From Hydrolagus affinis (lineage: Eukaryota): a DNA stretch of 64,000 nucleotides. Location: NCBI GenBank assembly GCA_012026655.1, contig JAAILG010001332.1, positions 1 to 64,000 of the forward strand. Reading direction: 5' to 3'. Below, piece after piece: positions 1 to 12,599 of the stretch. Position 1 is the stretch's first letter; each line of letters starts with the position of its first letter. The translations under genes and the position numbers were made by a program. The notes under the pieces are model-generated. The model made no database searches. It worked only from the letters and a program-made list of their open reading frames with translations, and was not told where the DNA came from.

Positions 1-187
1 CCCTCCCTGGCCTCCTTCAAGTCTCGCCTCAAGACTCTCCTCTTCGATGGTTCCATTGGTGACTCCTCCCCCCCCCCCCCAACCCCCACCGTCCTTATCT
101 CGGGTCTGAAGCAGTGACCTGTCCAGCGCCTTGGGACGTCCTCCCAATGTGAAAGGTGCTATACAAATGGAATTTTGTTGTTGTTGT
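1..187 (+). mobile_element. L2-clade LINE 3' end fragment
   Basis: Encodes SLASFKSRLKTLLF like the C-terminus of the 15675-17456 ORF, followed by the family 3' hairpin (cagcgccttgggacgtcctcc..tgtgaaaggtgc) and a (TGT)n tail. Confidence 0.9.
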
Positions 188-783
188 GGCATTCCAAATG
201 AGCATTGTGTTGTAAATCAGCGTTGTGTTCCAAGGATGCATTGTCTGCCAAACGAGAATTGTGTTCTGAACATGCATTGCGTTCCAAACGAGCATTGGGT
301 TCCAAACAAGCATTACGTTCTAAACGAGCATTCTGTTCTCAACGGTTGTTGTGTTCTTAATCATCGTGTTCTGAATCCGCATTGTGTTCCAACATAGCAT
401 TGTGTTCCAAACAAGCATTACATTCTAAACTGGTATTGTGTTCTAAACGGATGTTGTGTTCCAAACACACACTGTGTTCTGAATCCGCATTGTGGGACCT
501 GAAACGTTGACTCACTTTCCTTTCTCCATGGATGCTGCCTGACCTATTCTAAACTAATATTCTGTTCTAAACAAGAGTTGTGTTCCAAACGTGTATTGTT
601 TTCTACAGAGGTATTGTGTTCTAATTCAGCATTGTGTTCTAAATGACTATGGTGTTCTAAACGAGCATTGTATTCCAAATGAGTATTGTGTTATAAACTA
701 GCGTCGTGTTCTAAATCAGCATTGTGTTCGAAACAAGCATCATGTTCTAAACTAGCATTGCATTCCCAAAGAGCATTGTATTG
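188..783. repeat. Degenerate 18-bp minisatellite (consensus ~GCATTGTGTTCYAAACGA), about 30 units
   Basis: Successive 18-mers gcattgtgttgtaaatca, gcgttgtgttccaaggat, gcattgtctgccaaacga, gaattgtgttctgaacat, gcattgcgttccaaacga. The 6-aa periodicity is visible in ORF 131..397. Confidence 0.92.
495..546 (+). mobile_element. 52-bp internal fragment of the Penelope-like/hammerhead element inside the minisatellite
   Basis: ggacctgaaacgttgactcactttcctttctccatggatgctgcctgacct closely matches 23758-23807 and the reverse complement of 15469-15520. Confidence 0.88.
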
Positions 784-983
784 CAATCACAGTCCCATCG
801 CCTCATTCCATCCCTTGCTTCCTTCAAGGCATGTCTCAGGACCCTTCTGATTGAACATGCCTTTAGTCACACCCATACCCTGCTGATCCCAACCCCTGCT
901 CGGGTCCAAATCCCTGACTCTCTAGTGCCTTGGGATGTCCTCTTGATGTGCAAAGCGCTATATAAATGTAATTTGCTATTGTT
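784..983 (+). mobile_element. L2 LINE 3' end fragment (diverged)
   Basis: Translates as SLASFKACLRTLLIEHAF, then the family hairpin and tail. Confidence 0.85.
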
Positions 984-1098
984 AAAACAGTCATGTAGTT
1001 TTGTAAGCCTTAATATGAATCAGAAAAATTTAAATAAATCACTTTGCAAGGATAGTTAAAGTCTAAATAATGAAGACTAATTTTTCTGCAAGATTTCT

Positions 1099-1910
1099 GA
1101 AATAGGATGAATAACTCCACAACTGAAGGTGCTTGGTTACTTATGAATAGCAACCGAGTAGTTGGCTTCAAGAGTGGTATTTAAAGCACATTCCACTATT
1201 TGGTCATAACATACTATGTACATTGCATAGATTTTCCTTGGACATTTATTTTTTAGAAAACTGCAGCTGTGGAGATTTAATTTTTTTTCAAAGTGTTTTT
1301 ATGACTAGAGAAATTGGTTAACTTTATATGGAGTAAATAGAGCTACATAGCTTTAAATAAATAACAAAAGTTAATTGGCGTATACTGGAACCTTTGTAAA
1401 ATGTGTCTCTAAATGTGTAAGATTTACATTTGGATATCGGATAGGTTGATAGGTTAACCCAATTAAATGCCGGTTAAACTGTTGTGATATCCTGAACATT
1501 AAAATCAGACGTGTATAAAGTTCTGGTGATCATGTAGCTAAAATAACTTTGAAGAAAGAAAAGGAATGCTTTGGGAGGTAGAAATATCTTGAGTAGTAAA
1601 ACAGGCAGACATTAGCTTTGTTTTACAGGTACAGTCCATTTTCCACCGGTATATCACATACAAATTAACATTCATTTCATCTGCTATGGAATTGCTCAGT
1701 TTGCTCTCATAAAACACTTTCAAAAAATTGCAAATCAAGCACAGCTGAAGTTTTGCAGAAAGGAATACAGTACTTTTCCAAATAAATATCTACAAGGCAC
1801 TAAGTTATGGCCAAGTAAAATGTACTTTAAAAAACCATTGAAGCTGACTACTCGGTTGTTATTGATGAGTTACCATGCATCTTGAGTTGCGGAGTGATTC
1901 ATCCTATTTC
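1099..1910. mobile_element. Old foldback element / non-autonomous DNA transposon with long inverted arms
   Basis: 1099-1171 matches the reverse complement of 1838-1910 at 62/73 positions by hand count. Gapped inverted similarity continues inward to about 1340 versus 1675. Confidence 0.8.
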
Positions 1911-4008
1911 CCTGCTTACCATGATGTATCCTTTATTTGTCTTCCTATGACACAGGCAAAGTAATCTCAGAAAGATTAATAGGTATCTGTCACTCTCCGC
2001 AAACTCACACCGAGTGCTGAGATTATCACTTGGCCACCATCAGCCAGTCCCCAGCTAGGAGCTCTCTGAATTGCAAAGCTGTCCGCTTCCACTTCCTCTG
2101 AGAAAGACTCCAGTTCCATATCAAAACATGTCATTTTCACCTTCATGGTCAGAGGCAGCAGAGTTTCCATTTCCTCTAGATTGAATTTGCTGGAAACCTA
2201 ACCAGTGCTGATTTTACCCTTCACAGGTCATGTACATTAAGCATATCACAAGATTAACAGCAGCAAGTAACTGAGACAACAGAAATGACATAAGGCTATG
2301 CATCTGCCTCATTTGGCCTGTCTTTTGGGTTCATGCTCAGGATACATTCAAAACAGTTTCATCTCTCCTGTATTACTGCTGAGAACAAACTCCTGAAAAT
2401 CTGTTTATTCTCTTTAATGTAGCCTGTTTCCACTATAAGGCATGTGTCCAAACAGTTTTCCTTTGTGGTCTCAAGCACTTGGGCATGCAACAGAGCCCAT
2501 CCATGATGTCCAAATCCAAGGAATTACATAGGTTTGTGGTAAGCAGGGTAAGAGGCTGAAGGGAGGGAATGAGTATTCTGGCCCACATTGGTCTGTTGAT
2601 GAGCAATATTAATGTTTACTTTTAGTACTTAATGGTACACAATATTTCGACACAAAAAGTAATACAAGCTCTTTGGATTGGAGACAAAATATGGGCAATT
2701 GGAGGTTTATGAACGAACAAAAGAGAGAAGAGAACAGAGGGGTATGAGAGTGGGCTCAAGGCCTGTGTGGAGTACAAACAGTGACTGAATAACCAGTTTC
2801 ATGCTCCATCATTCCATGTAACCCTATGAAATTCTTCATGAGCGGCACTTAGGCTGTCACACGTACTTCATTCTAAAAATCAACACAGCTCAAAAAACAC
2901 TTAAAGATGACACTAAAGAAGAGCATTTGCTTTCACTCTGGCTTTGAGTGTTAACGCTATCGAATAACTAAGTTACTCCAGTTTATGTTATACACTACAG
3001 TTGTGTTAATGGCTCTTTTTCCTGACTGAATATTGGATGTGATTTGCTGTCTTCTCGCACTGAGTTGAATTTCTTTTTGTGGCTAAGGCTTTTCAGGTTG
3101 TCCTATGTGTTTTTGAAAATACATACATAAAGAAAAAGGACTTAAAAAAAAACAAATTGCATTTATATAGCATTTTTAATGTCGGGAAGATGTCCAAAAA
3201 TGTGGAACAAAGCAATTCCACTACATCCAAGTTGTTGTTACATCCAAGTCTCTTGAAGAGAATGTAGTTATTGTGAGAGGATTACATAATAGCCATGAAA
3301 TAACAGGAGGATAAATGGAGCTGTGGTCCCAGAAATTGTAGTCAGCACAGCATTATGTCTATTAATGAAGTAATGAGATTAAAACCTAAAGGGAAATACA
3401 AAAGATAGAACCTTGCAGACTACTGTCTCCTTCCAATCACTATATCACACAATACTCCAAAACAGTTCAATTGAATTCCAGCAGTGGCCGGATAAAAACT
3501 GACAACACAATGTGATAAGAAATTCTAATGTCCATATTAATCATATTTATGGCAATCCACTGACTGATGTGTCATTTTAAATCCCTAAGCAAATTATTCA
3601 TTTTTTTTTTTCTCTTCTACATTTCTGAGGCTGGGGTTTGAATTGTGAACCATTTTTAACCGGTGCAATAAATTTCTGCAAAGCAACTTTTTTTGCCCTT
3701 CTGTACTGTGACTACCGGATGGTAACAAGGCATAAACATATTCAAGCAGTCAATAGTTTGCAATCGCAACAGAAATATTGTAGATACAATGTAAATCACA
3801 TTGATGAGCGCTACTGTAGTGAGAGACTGATCTCTTGTACTATGGGTATGCATTAAACACATGTTGCCTACACACTCCTGCTCTAATACTAACAATTTTG
3901 ATACAGCACCGTATCGTGTCAAGAAAACATCTCAAAACATGCTTCATAGGATTTACTGTGTCTCGTGACTCAGTTTTGTGGGTCAACAGCTATAGCACAA
4001 TAGCTCTT

Positions 4009-4260
4009 GTGGTTTCATGAGCTATTTTTGGAAATCAGATTTACTGCATTAATTACAAATTCTGGCAATTTGCAAATCCCAAGACGTTAAATTTTCAAAC
4101 AGGTTGGAAAGTAGTTTGTCATTTTGCTTGCTCACCTTTTATTTGACTAATGCTGTCTTGAAATTCCCAGTTTGCAGGCTGCAAATTTCGCCACAAATCC
4201 TGCAAGTTGAAACTTTTTCTTGACCATAAATCTGATTTCTGAACATCAACAGGTAAACCA
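4009..4260. mobile_element. Degenerate MITE-like inverted repeat
   Basis: Perfect 13-bp inverted pair gaaatcagattta (4031-4043) / taaatctgatttc (4227-4239), with weaker outer pairing (tggttt..aaacca). Confidence 0.5.
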
Positions 4261-4993
4261 TAGTAATTCTAGACATTGCATTTTCTTGTTTTATTTTTTT
4301 CTTTGATTATTTCCCCTTACCCCCTTGAAGCTGTTGACTTATTCCGCTCCGTGGTTTCACGGTAATGCTCAGCTACCTTGTCCAAGGGCACTATTCACCT
4401 GCGAGCTTTGACAATGAGTGTCAGCAGGTTATTCAACCAAGGAGGACTATCTCAGCACCTTGTCCTCCCAATGTGAAAGGTGCTATAAATGCTATTTGTT
4501 GTTGTTGTAGGACATTAAAGTCAAAATCCTGTCTTTGTCCAACATTCACACATGCATTTACACCTTCTTGCAGGTGCCTTTGAATGGTCATGAGAGGCAG
4601 AAATCCGTGCTAATTTTTTTTCTCTGACTATTAGTCAATGGTCACTGAATCCGGTTGAAAGATTTATTCCAACATCAGTAAATGTAAGTTCCTGTTCTAA
4701 GTTATGTTGAGAAATCCCTGGAGAAGAGTACAGTAATGTAGAAATTATTTGATAGGAAAGCTTTACACATAACAATGGGAATACCATGTATTTTTCATGA
4801 AAAAATGCTGAAGAGCTAGAATTTCATATTGAAGCCAGAGATCCAATGTTGATACTGCTGTACATAAATTGATTGTTGTATTATCTTGCAAAATACCGTC
4901 AATATGCTTTACAGCAAATCTATGAAGTACCTTTAGGTATCTTCCTGATATGAATGGCACTATGTCAAATGTAAGATTTAATATTCTAGATGT

Positions 4994-5157
4994 TATAATA
5001 ATAATAATAATCCTTGCATTTGATATAGCACTTTTAGACGTCTCAAAGCGCTTCACAGAATATACTGTAAAATGAATTGACTGTACATTTTGTGGAAGAA
5101 ACACGGCAGCCAATTGCATACAGCAGTGTCCCACAAACAGTCATGCATTGAGTGCCA
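4994..5157 (-). mobile_element. 5'-truncated tRNA-Deu-L2 SINE
   Basis: Reverse complement of the core, hairpin and (ATT)n tail of the copy at 27841-28168. Confidence 0.9.
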
Positions 5158-5807
5158 CGGCTGGCTCAATGATCGCCTCAGCCAGCTTTGGCCCAAACCA
5201 TTTGATCCAAACCAAGGGTTGGGATAACAAGTACCTGCAGTCACTTTATGAATTACATCTTCTGCAGGAGCTGAATATCCCACAGTTTTACAATTATCAT
5301 CAATTAGAATGATTGTATCACATTACCCACAAAGTACTGAATATCAAGATTACTATCTTACATTGTATTTATTTTATATTGATGCATTACATTAAAAAAG
5401 TTATAAAATATTTGCCCAGAAATCAAAAACACATAATAAAACTGGTAATATAGCTCCTCCAACTGACTATTCCAGGGATGGTTTTGTTTATTTGAAATAT
5501 CAATTTTTTTTAATGAATTTGAATAAAGAAGGAACATTGGCTGAAATACATAGAATTGCATAGAAAATTACAGCATACAAACAGGCCATTGATCCCAACG
5601 AGTCAGTGCTGGGATTTTGCTCCACATGGGTCTCTGCCTCTCCCAATTCCTTCTCCTCTAGCCTCAAGATGTTTTGTAGGTTTCCTCTTTGAAGCAATCC
5701 ACCAAAGCAGGTAAGCGCCATACCCAGTACTGTACCAGCTTGGATTTTGAACCTGGAATCTTCAACTTTTCAGTGACCCGGAGAAGACAGCACTCTTGTC
5801 ACTACAG

Positions 5808-6277
5808 AGTCCTGTAGCTATGAAGGCCTGTAGCAAATTGGTTAGAACACTTGCCTCACAAATGAGAGACCTGGGTTCAATTTCTGGCAGGGCAAAACGT
5901 TGTGCAAGTTTCCTTACTCCATACTCAACAACGATAACAACAAAATTATACTTATATAGACACTTTCACGTCACTCCTCTGTTTATCTAGCAGTAAGTAG
6001 GAACCCGCTTGTTAGTCAATTGATGGATCGCTTTTCCATCTCTGTATCAGTATCTGAAGTAATAATCTCTTCAATAAAAAAGAAAAAAATTGAAAAATCT
6101 TGGTCACTCAACCCAAGACTGTTTGTGGGACACTGCTGTGCTCAATTGGCTGCCGTGTTTTGTCCACAAAATATACAGTGAATTCATGTTACACTACAGT
6201 ATATTCTGTGAAGTTCTTTGAGACATCTGGAAGACATGATAAGGCGCTACATCAAATGCAAGGATTATTATTATTAC
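5808..6277 (+). mobile_element. tRNA-derived SINE, long-body variant, with a short antisense L2 tail inserted at ~5926-5972
   Basis: tRNA-like head, extra block ctctgtttatctagcagtaagt..gatcgcttttcc, Deu-like core and (ATT)n tail. The insert reads aacaacgataacaacaaaattatacttatatagacactttcacgtc. Confidence 0.85.
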
Positions 6278-6559
6278 GAGTGCACTGATTGGAGTCAATT
6301 TAGTAGTACCTCTACATTAGTACATTTGATAGTCATGAGAAATGACAAGAGAGAAATGCATGAAGAAAGCATCATGCTTTTTGATCTAATATTATCATTA
6401 TACCGACCCTACCGACCAACAACAATAACAACAACAAAAGTCACAACATCTCACACATATCATCCTCCAAGTGGGGTTCCATCTCAGAGAGCTTTATATT
6501 TCAGCATTGATCTATCAAGTTATTTCTTTCTTTTCAGATGTGTTGGAGGCAAATCTTTT

Positions 6560-7260
6560 ACCATTCGCTCCTTCCGTGCAACTCAATTCTGCTCAATAAA
6601 AAGTTAATATTAAGCTAACCAGATGTTCAATACTTCAGATCCAACTTGGGAGGTGTGATTTTGGAGACAATGTTGGGGTCCATTTCCAACTCTCCAGGTA
6701 CATGCTGTGTTCTGAAAATCAAGCGTAATGATTACTTGAACCTATTGTTACAATCAAACGGAATCATACCTCACCTGAGCATTAAAATCTGATTGCCTCA
6801 ATATTGATTGGCTCAGTATTAGCCCTGAGCAATGGTACAACATTCAGCTGATGGTACAATGCTAAGCATGTCACAAAGCTTCAGGGGTATGGAGATCAGG
6901 ATCGAGGAAAGGTATGGGAAAGAAAGGAGAAACACCAAGAGTGTGCAAAGAGCCATGAGAAAGGTTAGTCTTGGCAGGTCTCTCGGCAGATCTACGTGTT
7001 GTGATGTCAGTGTATTCACTCAGGCAAGAACTGCAAACAGTGCAGTATCTGAAGCAGATAAAAGCTACTCTAAAATGTACGTGATATATAAAAGTCTTGA
7101 AGATATGAGTGAATAATGACTATAGTGCCATGGTAAATGAGACCTTCATTAGAAGATTAATGAATTTGACCTTGAGTCACGTATTTCAGATGATCAGCCT
7201 GTCCATGGGTTGGCAAGACGTCCTTATTTCATTGAGCTGTCTCTTGCATTGCTCCCTCAC
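6560..7260 (-). mobile_element. Heavily decayed LINE RT remnant (L2-like)
   Basis: Minus-strand fragments SDTALFAVL (cf. STETALVKV) and TIAQGLILS (cf. GVPQGSVLG) occur in the expected order, with many stops. Confidence 0.4.
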
Positions 7261-7619
7261 AAGGAACATAAGCTAGTAAAGATATTCCTCTACAGCTCAG
7301 AGCCTGTCTCATGCTTATCTCCATTAAGTGCTGCATGACATTGCTGTTGGAGCAGTTTGGGGGACACAAAGATACCATCCACTGGCTTCTCCTCATCTTA
7401 TCTACACTTATGTGTTACATGACACAATGTCCTGCTGCTTGGAGCTTAGAATGACCCTGATTCTATTTCTGAAATATCCCTGAGTGACAAGGAAAGAAGG
7501 AACAAGAGTGCCACATTTTATTGCTTTCATCTGCCTTCTAAAGCCTGCATTCTTGTACAGTAATTCAAATGAATGCTTTTCAATGTTGTAAGACTATTAG
7601 AGATAGTAGAGAATGCATT

Positions 7620-8300
7620 TCAAAATTTTAGAACTTCATAAATTTCCTTTCCTTGTCTGTCCAAATGATCAGTATTAACTTATGTTGCTATTCCACATAG
7701 TCACTATGCAGTACTAAAAATATCTGCTTAGGCCTAATTTTTCAGTTTTAAATCCATCTCCTCTAGTTCTATGCATACAGATTGTTATTAGTGTCAGCAA
7801 GGTTATTCATGTCTTTCAGCATTTTCAAAATCTTGATTGTAACCCTCAAACAACTGTCTTCTTTCTAATGAGTTTAATCAATCTTAATTTATTAATCTCT
7901 ACTTCATTCAATCGCTAACTAAACACCACTATTGTAATTATTCTTTTATGGGCAAGGCACCAAATTTACATTGAGGTAGCCTAACCAGGGCATTACATTA
8001 TATGAAAAGCACAGGTGCTTGTTATCAAAATGCATTTTAATATTCAAATATTATTTGTAACAACAATCAACTCAATGGTTCAGTGAATGCTCAAATAATC
8101 CCACACAAATCCTTTCCACATTTACCCCTACTAAGGTGTAGCTGATGTATACCAAATTCCTGTTTCAATTTGTAATACCTTTTGTTGTTTCACATTAAAT
8201 TCAATTTTGGGCTTGGTATATTGATATAATTTGTTCAGATATTGTTGAATTCTGTTGACCTCCTAGGCATAATATGTTGTGATATTTTTGGACCCAGCAA
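7620..8300 (-). mobile_element. Decayed CR1 LINE ORF2 3' region
   Basis: Minus strand contains remnants of the CR1 motifs EFNVKQ (FNVxKC), KDLCG (ERDLG) and NALVRLP (KALVRPHLE), followed by CR1-like 3' sequence. Confidence 0.55.
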
Positions 8301-8661
8301 CATGGTAACCGACTTGAGTAATTGTGCACAAAGCGTTCCATTGTGAAAACATCTTAAATTGGCTAAAAGACTGTGTCTTCTTACATCCTAATTTCTCTCC
8401 CTGGACAAATAAAAGAATATATTGAGATATAATGTGGTTTAGTCAGCCAAAGAGTTAACCAGACTTTAGAGTGTAATTTTTAATATCATTGCCTGCTTTA
8501 TGTTGTGCTAGCTAGTCACTCAACAAAGCACTTGCAGTGTAATTTAGGATCGCTTTTAAATGCAGCAAAGCACAGTGGGCTCCAAAAAGTGGAGGAGTAC
8601 ATCAGTTGTCTCTTACATGAGTAATCTTCTCAGGAATAAGATGTTCCATTTTATAATGAAA

Positions 8662-8932
8662 ACGATAATAATCCTTGCATTTGATACAGTTCCTTCCATG
8701 TCAGGAGGACATCTCAAAACACTTTACAGGGTGTTTCATAAAGAGGAATTTCTGTATTTTGCAGTTGAACACAGTAGCCAATTTACAAACAGCAACATCG
8801 CACAAACAGCCACTGAGTGAGTGACCAATTTTATTGATGGCCAGGACACCCTTCTCTTTTCAAATCATGCCATGGGATCTTTAACATCCAACTTAACCAC
8901 ACAAACATGCCTTGATTTAACATCTTATCAGA
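8662..8932 (-). mobile_element. SacSINE1-like DeuSINE remnant
   Basis: Reverse complement has gatgttaaagatcccatggca..gaaaagagaagggtgtcctggcca, the Deu-like core and an L2-like tail. Confidence 0.75.
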
Positions 8933-11900
8933 TTGTTTGTTTATAGAATAGAGGTTTAACTCAATAAAAATATATCAGATTTAAATCAGTTTCTTGAAAA
9001 ACAGCAAATCCAACTAGTGATCCTGGATTTAGCCTAAATAGATGGTTCTCTCATGGTTCCCCATTTGTTGGAGATAATCGTTTGAACTGATGTTACAATT
9101 GCTTACCCCTGGCTCTGTTACGGAGAATAACAGATGTCTGGACGTGGGTTAGAAGACTGTAACATAATCAATGAGCTCAGATGATAACAAAAACTCCAAG
9201 AGCAGATCTGGAGGAGTTTATTAGTGTCATCTGAACCATGACATATTAGTGTTGAATACACCCACAACTAGCTATTATTCATCTATATGCAATGTGATTC
9301 ATTGTTTAAATAAAACATATGACTGTTAGCTTACTGAAGTATCTTCCATTGGGATTTTCAGGTCATGTGAAAGGAAGGAGGAGGTTGTGAGGAGCATTGT
9401 GTGATACAAGCAGTCTCAATGATACCAGCATCATATAACAAAAAGGGGAGTGTGCTACAAGAATTTGTACCATCGCATTAAATACGGTTTCCTATAGTAA
9501 CAGCATTACTAAGATCTCTTATTTTTGTTATTGATTTGTCAGCTTATAGTATCCTTTTTTCAAGACATGTTTGTAATGTTCTGGCAGACTCGCACAGCAA
9601 GGTTTAAAGATCTTAGACAACATTGAGCCTGACCAAGCAATGCAATAGTTAGTCTGAAAACAATGAGGCTATCAAAAAAGTTCACATTTTAGAATTGGAG
9701 CTGAAGAAAATCTCTAAGATTTGACATACAATAATATATGTGGAAACATGGTGTCTCAAATGGTTTTAATTCTGTCATCATTTTATAATAGAACCAACTG
9801 AACGAGTGTTGTCTTTCTATTTATTCACCACTCAATTCAATGCAGAGTCCTGGGAGTACTGACAATTGACGACATTATTGGGTATAATTACTAACTGAAG
9901 ACTGAAAGATGTGCCCAAGTTACATTCCTGAGCTTTGCTAATAACACTTAAGTACAAAGTGGGGTCAGTGATAGTCATCAACACCTCCTACTCAGAAACT
10001 GCTTGAACACTTCAACAAAACACTTAGGCAATGTTCCTTCTGAACTCGCCTCTTCAAAACACACTGCCAATCCTTCCAACACATAATGACAGATGTTTGT
10101 TAAGATTTATTATTTTCTGCTAGCAGTTCACAAATGTCAGTTTTGGTTTTGTTCAGTTATTGCTTTGCACTGTGTGTTTTGGTGTAATTTCAGATCAAGG
10201 ATTCTGTTCTGGAATGATACATTTTTGCCCAGAGCAGTTTTGGCACTGCCTGAATGGCTGTTCTCTCTCAGCACAGAAGCACCGAGTACTTCAGCTTCAT
10301 TTAGAATGACTGCGTTATCATAAATCTCCTTGATGTGCCTGTTTAATTAGAGGAGTCATAAGTGTTCTGGTGTGGTATATAAAGGAGCATGTCATAAATA
10401 AAACACTAAAGCAAACTAATTTGAGTCAAAAAGTACTTTGTGCTCTCTCAATCTCAATCTTTTCACAAAACAGAACATGAGGCTTCAACCGTCTACCTGA
10501 GACAATCTTTTTCCTGATGATCATATATGTGTAAAGGTGAAAAGCAGTGATTTACTTTCTTGAATTATGAAGATTCAAGTTTCAGTAGATTCTGCTTTCC
10601 TTCTCAAGGCTGGAACTACTCACCTCCTTCGTTGCTATGTTTTATTGTTTCAATTGTCCAATTCACAGCATTGTTATACTATACACATCTGAGTATCACC
10701 GGGAAGAGAAATCCTATTTGGGCTGCAGATACCCTGTTTGTAGATACAGGAGTTAATTTGAAGTGAACTTATTGAGTAAAGAGGGGCCCAAACCACAAGA
10801 AAAAAGTTTTTGAAAACACATTTTGTAGAGGAAGATTTTTTCCTCCGAGTTATCACAATTAACACAGAAATCGTACAATAATGCGTTTTTACATGACATG
10901 TGTAACTTTGGCGGGCTTCATTTGATAAAATTTCAAAAAAGCTGACCATGTAAAGTTACTAAACTCACATAAAATTTTAGCTTCTTAAATAATATTATTC
11001 AGAGCAACCCTATTACAAAGTGACAGTCCAGGTCCATAACTTCAGACCCCTGCAATAACACAATGCACAAAATAATGGCTCACAGACGTCACTTCCTTCA
11101 TGCTGCAACTTGCACAAGAAGCACTGCTGACATCATTTCCTTCACAAAGTGACCTCAGTTTCCTGATCATAGAGCACAGGAAGTGACACTCCAGAAAGTA
11201 TTAGGCCCATTATGCTTCCTGGGCATTGCGATCGTCTATATAGCATGCAGGAAATGACAGCAGTGGTGACCTGATGACCTCAAGTATTTTAGAATGGGAA
11301 GCCAGCTGTTCCAGGGTGAGAATGCACCGCTAAAAGGAAGCCCGTATTCTAGTGAGGCACTAAAAAACTGGGTCATCCTGTAGGTGTAAAATTGTTTCAG
11401 TTATTTATAAGCGCTAATGAACAAATTTGTAGAACTTGCCAAACAAAGCAGAATAGCACTTTGTTACCCACAAACAAAAAATTCACCATATACAGAGCAG
11501 TATGACTGCCAATTATTGGATGATTGGAATTAAATGAATAAATTGTATGGAACAAATTTAATGCAATATTTGATGTTATGCATTTAAAGTTGATCTAAGC
11601 CACAAATAGGCTCCGAAACACAGAGATCTGATGGCTGGCATATTCAACAACAGCAGCAAAATTACATTTATAGCGCACCTTTCAAGTCGGAAGGACGTCC
11701 CAAGGCACTAAACAGTTCGGGCGGGAAAGACATCACCAGTTAGGTTAAGGTTTTGCCAAAGTCTGGAAGGGGCTCAACAGTCCTCAATTGGGAGACCGCC
11801 AAGAGTGGAAAACCCAACAATGTGGCCTCAAATGCTTGCACATAATTATGGAAAAATGTTAAATACAGCCTTAATTTTTAAAAGCTGTTGAAATCTGCAT

Positions 11901-12599
11901 CCAAATTAAAACTGAATTCAAGAATTTTTCACAATTCTGCACAATTTTACATTCTAATTGGTTAAACATGCTAAGACTAGGATGAAATTTGGGCCTGATA
12001 TGTTTATTAAAACCAGTGGTAACTATAACAATAGAGAAAATTTATATCACACGTTTCACATCAGGAGGACATCCCAAGATGGTTAAACCATTAAACATCA
12101 TATGTTTCACCCTCTGCTAAACATATTTTCAAAAAAACAGGAACCCCAGGTCTGCAGAACCTCAGAAAGCAGATGGGTCAATTGCTTGTTTTGGTCAGCT
12201 GGGTGTCTGACACATGCAAAAACCCAACACCATGCTTGAGAATATTCTAATCACATTAAGAGTTCCATACATCCCATCTACACATGTAAATTCCATATAA
12301 TGGAGTGAAATCTCACTAGAAGGATGAATCGTGCTACCTAATTCCAGAGAATATTAGACACAGGCTGGCAAGAGCCAAGGCTTGGGGAAGCTAGATTGTG
12401 GGTTGGGAGCCTAATTAGCTAAAACCATATATGTACTTTGTTATTGAAAGCACTTCCTGGCAAGCTTTCCCACTGTTTGGCCAGTTGGGATCACCCTATT
12501 CATTATGGCATCGGCTTGCAGGGTTAACAGGAGCTGAGTGAGAAGAATCCCTGCCACCAATGATTGCTCTGCTCGTCCAACTACTGCCATCGAATCTTG

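Noticed and set aside
131-783. CRISPR array or His/Cys-repeat protein gene
   Set aside because: The units are contiguous with no unique spacers and the context is vertebrate. The ORF starts inside an L2 tail and later units contain stops.
1976-2170. Protein-like 64-aa ORF as a host exon
   Set aside because: No recognisable homology or splice pair. KFNLEEMETLL..LGVSL faintly resembles decayed LINE RT (QLNxxKTEALL..LGV).
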